Assembly: GCA_003971905.1 (NCBI GenBank)
Contig: RSEE01000011.1
Coordinates: 930,001-981,452, forward strand
Reading direction: 5' to 3'
From: Moniliella sp. 'wahieum'
Lineage: Eukaryota
DNA: 51,452 nt
The notes under the pieces are model-generated. The model was not told the DNA's origin, ran no database searches, and saw nothing but the letters and a program-made list of their open reading frames with translations. This document shows positions 47,523-51,452 of the stretch, in pieces; position 1 is the first letter of the stretch; every line of letters begins with the position of its first letter. The position numbers and the translations under genes were made by a program.

Positions 47523-47989
47523 GATGGTGAGAGTGAGGCCTGTGGAATGGCCGATGTGTGCGCTGCCGCCCAAAGCATGATACTGCAAGAAGTCGAGTAG
47601 CCAAGAAATTGATACTTTCACAGAGCAGTCGCTCGCCCGCAATTTGTCCAGCTGCCGCCCTCTTGCGATGCTATTAATCCCCGCCGCTCCCTATCACCAC
47701 TGGCTCTCCCAACGCCATCGACATCTCCAGCGTCTGACTTCCAATGTGAAATCGGAAGGACTGTACATCCTCTTCCTCTTTCCGCGCGTGAAGATGGGAA
47801 TGAAAGAGGACCATATGCCCATTGAATTTGAATGAGCGGCGCACAAGTGCTGGCGCGGGAACAAACGGCTTAACGGCACCAACTAGTGCTCATCTTGACA
47901 GCCAACACCAGCTGCGCGCTCCAACATCATAGCAGAAGCGAAGCATCGAACTCTCCCCGCTGCGTTTTGGACAACAGGCGGCAGCTTAT

Positions 47990-49099
47990 TCACTTGCCCG
48001 ATGCGGGGGAATGCTCCACCGGCGGTGGTGGGCGACGCGGGGATTCCGACCGCCGGCGCTTGGCACCCAGTTGGCCCATCAACTCATCCAGCTCCAGTTG
48101 CAGAGAGGCCGCTTTGGCTTTCCACTCTTCACTGGCGTCATTGATGGCTTCATCACAGGCACGCTCTTGGTCCTCCAGGAGGTCATCCTGCTCGGGGAGC
48201 ATGACCTTCGGCAGAAAGTAAATGGGGAACGTGGCAGCTTCGCAGTCAGTTACGGTCTGGTTTCCAATCAAGAAATCGATCTGGCCATGGACCACGTCGG
48301 GAGAGATACTGGCGGGGACGCTGGGGTTCAAACGGTCTCCAGCCGAAGGTGGCCAAAGCGGGCGGGCAAGGGTGGTGTCTTTGTCCTCTTTGCGGATTGG
48401 AGCAGGCTCCGCATTGACAGGGGTTACGAAGAAACTACTCAGACGTCGCTTTTGCTCGATCAACGTCTCGAGGGCTGCTTCGCCCTCGGCGAGTTGCTGG
48501 GCCAACTCAAGGACTCGCCTCCTTGTGGTCTGTTCCTCAGGAGGAGGTCGCATCTGGTACGATACATCAAACCGAGGGCAGAGCGCACAAAGTTGAGAAG
48601 TGTCAATATCCAGCTTGGGTTATACTGGTCTTTAAAGTAGGTAGGCGTGCTCCGATCGTCGACTCAGCCAGAGACTGGCATGGAAACATGGGAATGATGG
48701 GTAGATCTGGGGCCCTACGAAACGTACTTTGGAAGGGTCTTGGTACGAAGGCGAGCCACGGGCTCTGCCCTCCAACTCGCCGCCTGATTTGCGCCCTTCA
48801 CGAGACCTGCCATAATAAGTTTGGTTACGGCCGTCCTCGGGCATGCGGGAGCGCCTGTAAGGATCCCGCCTCGGGGCGTCGTTCCGATCATGACCGTTCC
48901 AATCACGAGACTCATTCCGGCTGCGCCGCTCGGTGCGGGGGGGCGGGGAGGCACGTGCACCCGAGGCACGCCGCTTGTTGAGCTGCGGGGACTGGGAGTA
49001 GCGGGACGGGGCACCGGGTGAAAGGGCGTTAGGGGTGGTGTCCCGGGATGATTGCTGGGGTGAACGGGCTGGACCAGCGTTTGGCGAAGGCGGCGTCAT
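47990..49099 (-). CDS. Pinin/SDK/memA-like protein with RS/RD-rich N-terminus; intron 48554-48727
   Basis: Exon 2: KRRLSSFFVT...PIYFLPKVMLPEQDDLLEDQ...EEW resembles the C-terminal half of the fungal pinin domain. Exon 1 is Arg/Asp/Ser-rich (RRSRNESRDW..RRDPYRRSR). The intron GTACGT..CAG joins DPSK|MRPPP in frame. Confidence 0.55.
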
Positions 49100-51452
49100 G
49101 GCTCCGAGGGGCGTTTCTCCTGGACAAACGGGATGGAAAGGGATGGGAGGCTGATGCGCCTACTGACGCTGCCCAGCCTATGCCAGGCTGCGGGGCTGAC
49201 GTGAGCTTCGGCGTGTCACGTGTCAATGCGTATCAGAGCGAGAGGGGGCAACGTGTACGAACGCGTTGAAGTAGTACACCAAAATTTCAATCCACGTCGG
49301 TACTCCGTCGCAAGGAGCACAAGCAGCGGCAGATATGGGGGCCAAGCACAAGATTCAAGTCGCGCCCGCCGCAGAAATAGCTTTGTTTGCCTTAACGCGA
49401 ATCGAGTGTCAGTACTCAGTACGTCAGTGCTCTTCATCGAGTTCATCGGCCAATCAGACTTGTTTACCGCGCACACGTCCTCTGCCCATCGCCCCGCCTC
49501 TCTCTATTCTCATCGCCTGCTCTCGCCGTGGCCTTCCTCTTGAGGTGTGTTTTGCACCATGACAAAACATTCTGCAGCCGCCTGCCTTTTGCTGTGCCGA
49601 GTGTAACGTCCGGTGACCGGGGTCGCCCCCGGGAGAACGTGCGAACGTATAGACGACTGGGGAAATATGGGTGTCTATAGAATCGATCAGGGGAGCTCTC
49701 AACATTCAATTTCAGCCCACCTGGTGACTACGTGTAACGAGAGGGATGAGAGGCCTGTGAGATCTGTGAGAGCCTGATGGCAACGGTCGAGCGTACACTA
49801 CCCTTTCGTATACCTGTAGACATTAACTATCTGACAGAGCAATAAACGAGAAAGGAAACGGTGCGGATCCACGTCATACATACAGCTGCGTGCGCGAGAT
49901 GTAAGGTTCAACAAACGGAAAAGAGACATATAAGAAAAGATGCGATCGACGGATAAGGTTCAACATAGCCGAAACGAAAAGAGAAATAAGAAAGGGAGCG
50001 ATCAACAGCGGCGGCCGATCAGCCAAAGACGAGCCGATTGGGACCAGCAATCGACACAGACGCAGGTGTCATCTCCACGTCCAACCCAATAGGCGCCATC
50101 GACTCCGATGCCGGTGCCATCTCAACGTCCTCGTCGCCTTCAAGGGACAAGGCTGGGAGCATCTCGACAATTGGTCTATTGTCATGGGCTGGGGCGGCAC
50201 TGCCTTGGTCCCAAGGAACAAGGCGAGGCTATACGTTTTCATCAGCGAAAAGAGGTCTATTAAAAAGCGATGTCAACACTGTGCGGCACACGCCCTGTGT
50301 TGCTCGCGCACAGTGTGTTCCCCGTCTCTCGTATTGCTGGCGCTGAGGCTTCGCTGTCTGCTCACAATCAAACTTTTTGCCGCACACACGCCCTGCTCAC
50401 CGCGGTCATCTCCCCGCGGCCTCGTATCATCATGCATCATCGATCATCGACCTCTGGATGAGGTGCGCTGCATCATGACAAAATCCCGTAATGCAGTTCT
50501 GCTTCTCTGCCTCCCTGTTGCTGCCCCCCGTGCGAAACGTGAATGTGTTGGAGGGTGGTGGTCATCGTTCTCCGGTTCAATACACCAACGAGAACGCGTA
50601 AAGTACCGTGTGACATGAGTAAGTAGCGTACGATCTGTGATAGAAAGTGGGGTGCGGTCGGTGTGAGATAGTAGGGAGGGCACGCCCTCCTTCGGGCTTC
50701 ACCTGCATCGGTGAATTGATTCTGTGCTCCGTGTGGGGCCCCAATGCAGCCGCGTCGACCAACAAAATGCATGTGACGGCCTGTGCACAGGACGACAGAG
50801 AGGCGCCATGCCGTACTCCTGGGTGTGCGGCAGTATATCATATATCATCGGTCACCGGGGTCACCGGTCACATGTCACAGTATTAAGCGAGTGCAGAGGA
50901 CCCTTATGCCCGCTTCACAGATCGGGTCTCAGGTTGTCCGAACGCAGTGCGTGTTGGAGATAGTTGAGATGCCCTTGGCCCTCGTTTGTCCCTGCTATCT
51001 TTTTGCCCCCAGACTGCAGAGACTAGCGCTCTTGCCTCTCATCTAGCACCGCCCCCGTCGCTCGTGGCAGCACACGACATCTGCGACTTCGTCAGGACTT
51101 GACTAATACAGCACTGCTCCTCTCTGTCTGTGCAAGGTATATGCCACGCTCGTCTCTATAGATGCGACTAATAGAAGAAGGCAGGCGCGACAGTGGCTGG
51201 AGCCAAGGAGGTAGATAATTATGGCACAGTGGCGGGTGCACGGGCTGCTATATATGTCGTTAGTGGCCACCTCTGTGCCCACAGACGACACATCAGCCAA
51301 TGCCCAGCCCACAGTGTTGCAGGAGCGCAGACAGGACCCCATCACACACCGGTCCCACCCTACTTTCTTAATCATATCACACGATACTTGAAGCTTGAAG
51401 CTTTCCCGTTTTTTGGGACCGGAGAACGATGACCACCACCCAGCACCTTCAC

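Noticed and set aside
1..51452. Hundreds of overlapping Arg/Pro/Ala-rich ORFs in the six-frame track
   Set aside because: Expected shadow ORFs of high-GC coding DNA. Many start at GTG/TTG, which is not relevant for a eukaryote.

Overview
Eukaryotic, GC-rich, intron-poor fungal genomic DNA, most consistent with a basidiomycete yeast/smut-type genome (short GT-AG introns with GTACGT-type donors and CTRAC branch points). There are no prokaryotic features, CRISPR arrays or recognisable RNA genes. Recognisable genes, left to right: an unknown Pro/Ser-rich gene running off the left edge (-), GYP7-like Rab-GAP (+), mitochondrial uL4m (-), PPS1-like dual-specificity phosphatase (-), a ~6.5 kb gene-poor interval with repeated short motifs, ROM2 Rho1-GEF (-), PEX13 (-), CBF5 (+), a compact NEK/NIMA-like kinase (-), SEC16 (-, ~8 kb, with a long Tyr-periodic heptad repeat), NSA1/WDR74 (+), an orphan AT-hook gene (-), ARO7 (-), RPL26 (+), GON7-like (-) and a pinin-like gene (-). 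Most long conserved genes are broken by 1-2 nt indels, mostly deletions and often in homopolymers. This most likely reflects an unpolished long-read assembly, so CDS coordinates are gene spans rather than clean ORFs. I found no convincing novel multi-gene system. The best leads are the SEC16 Tyr heptad repeat, the orphan AT-hook/LxxIxE-repeat gene, a recurrent CATCATGCATCA element in the long intergenic regions, and a telobox cluster in the RPL26 promoter.
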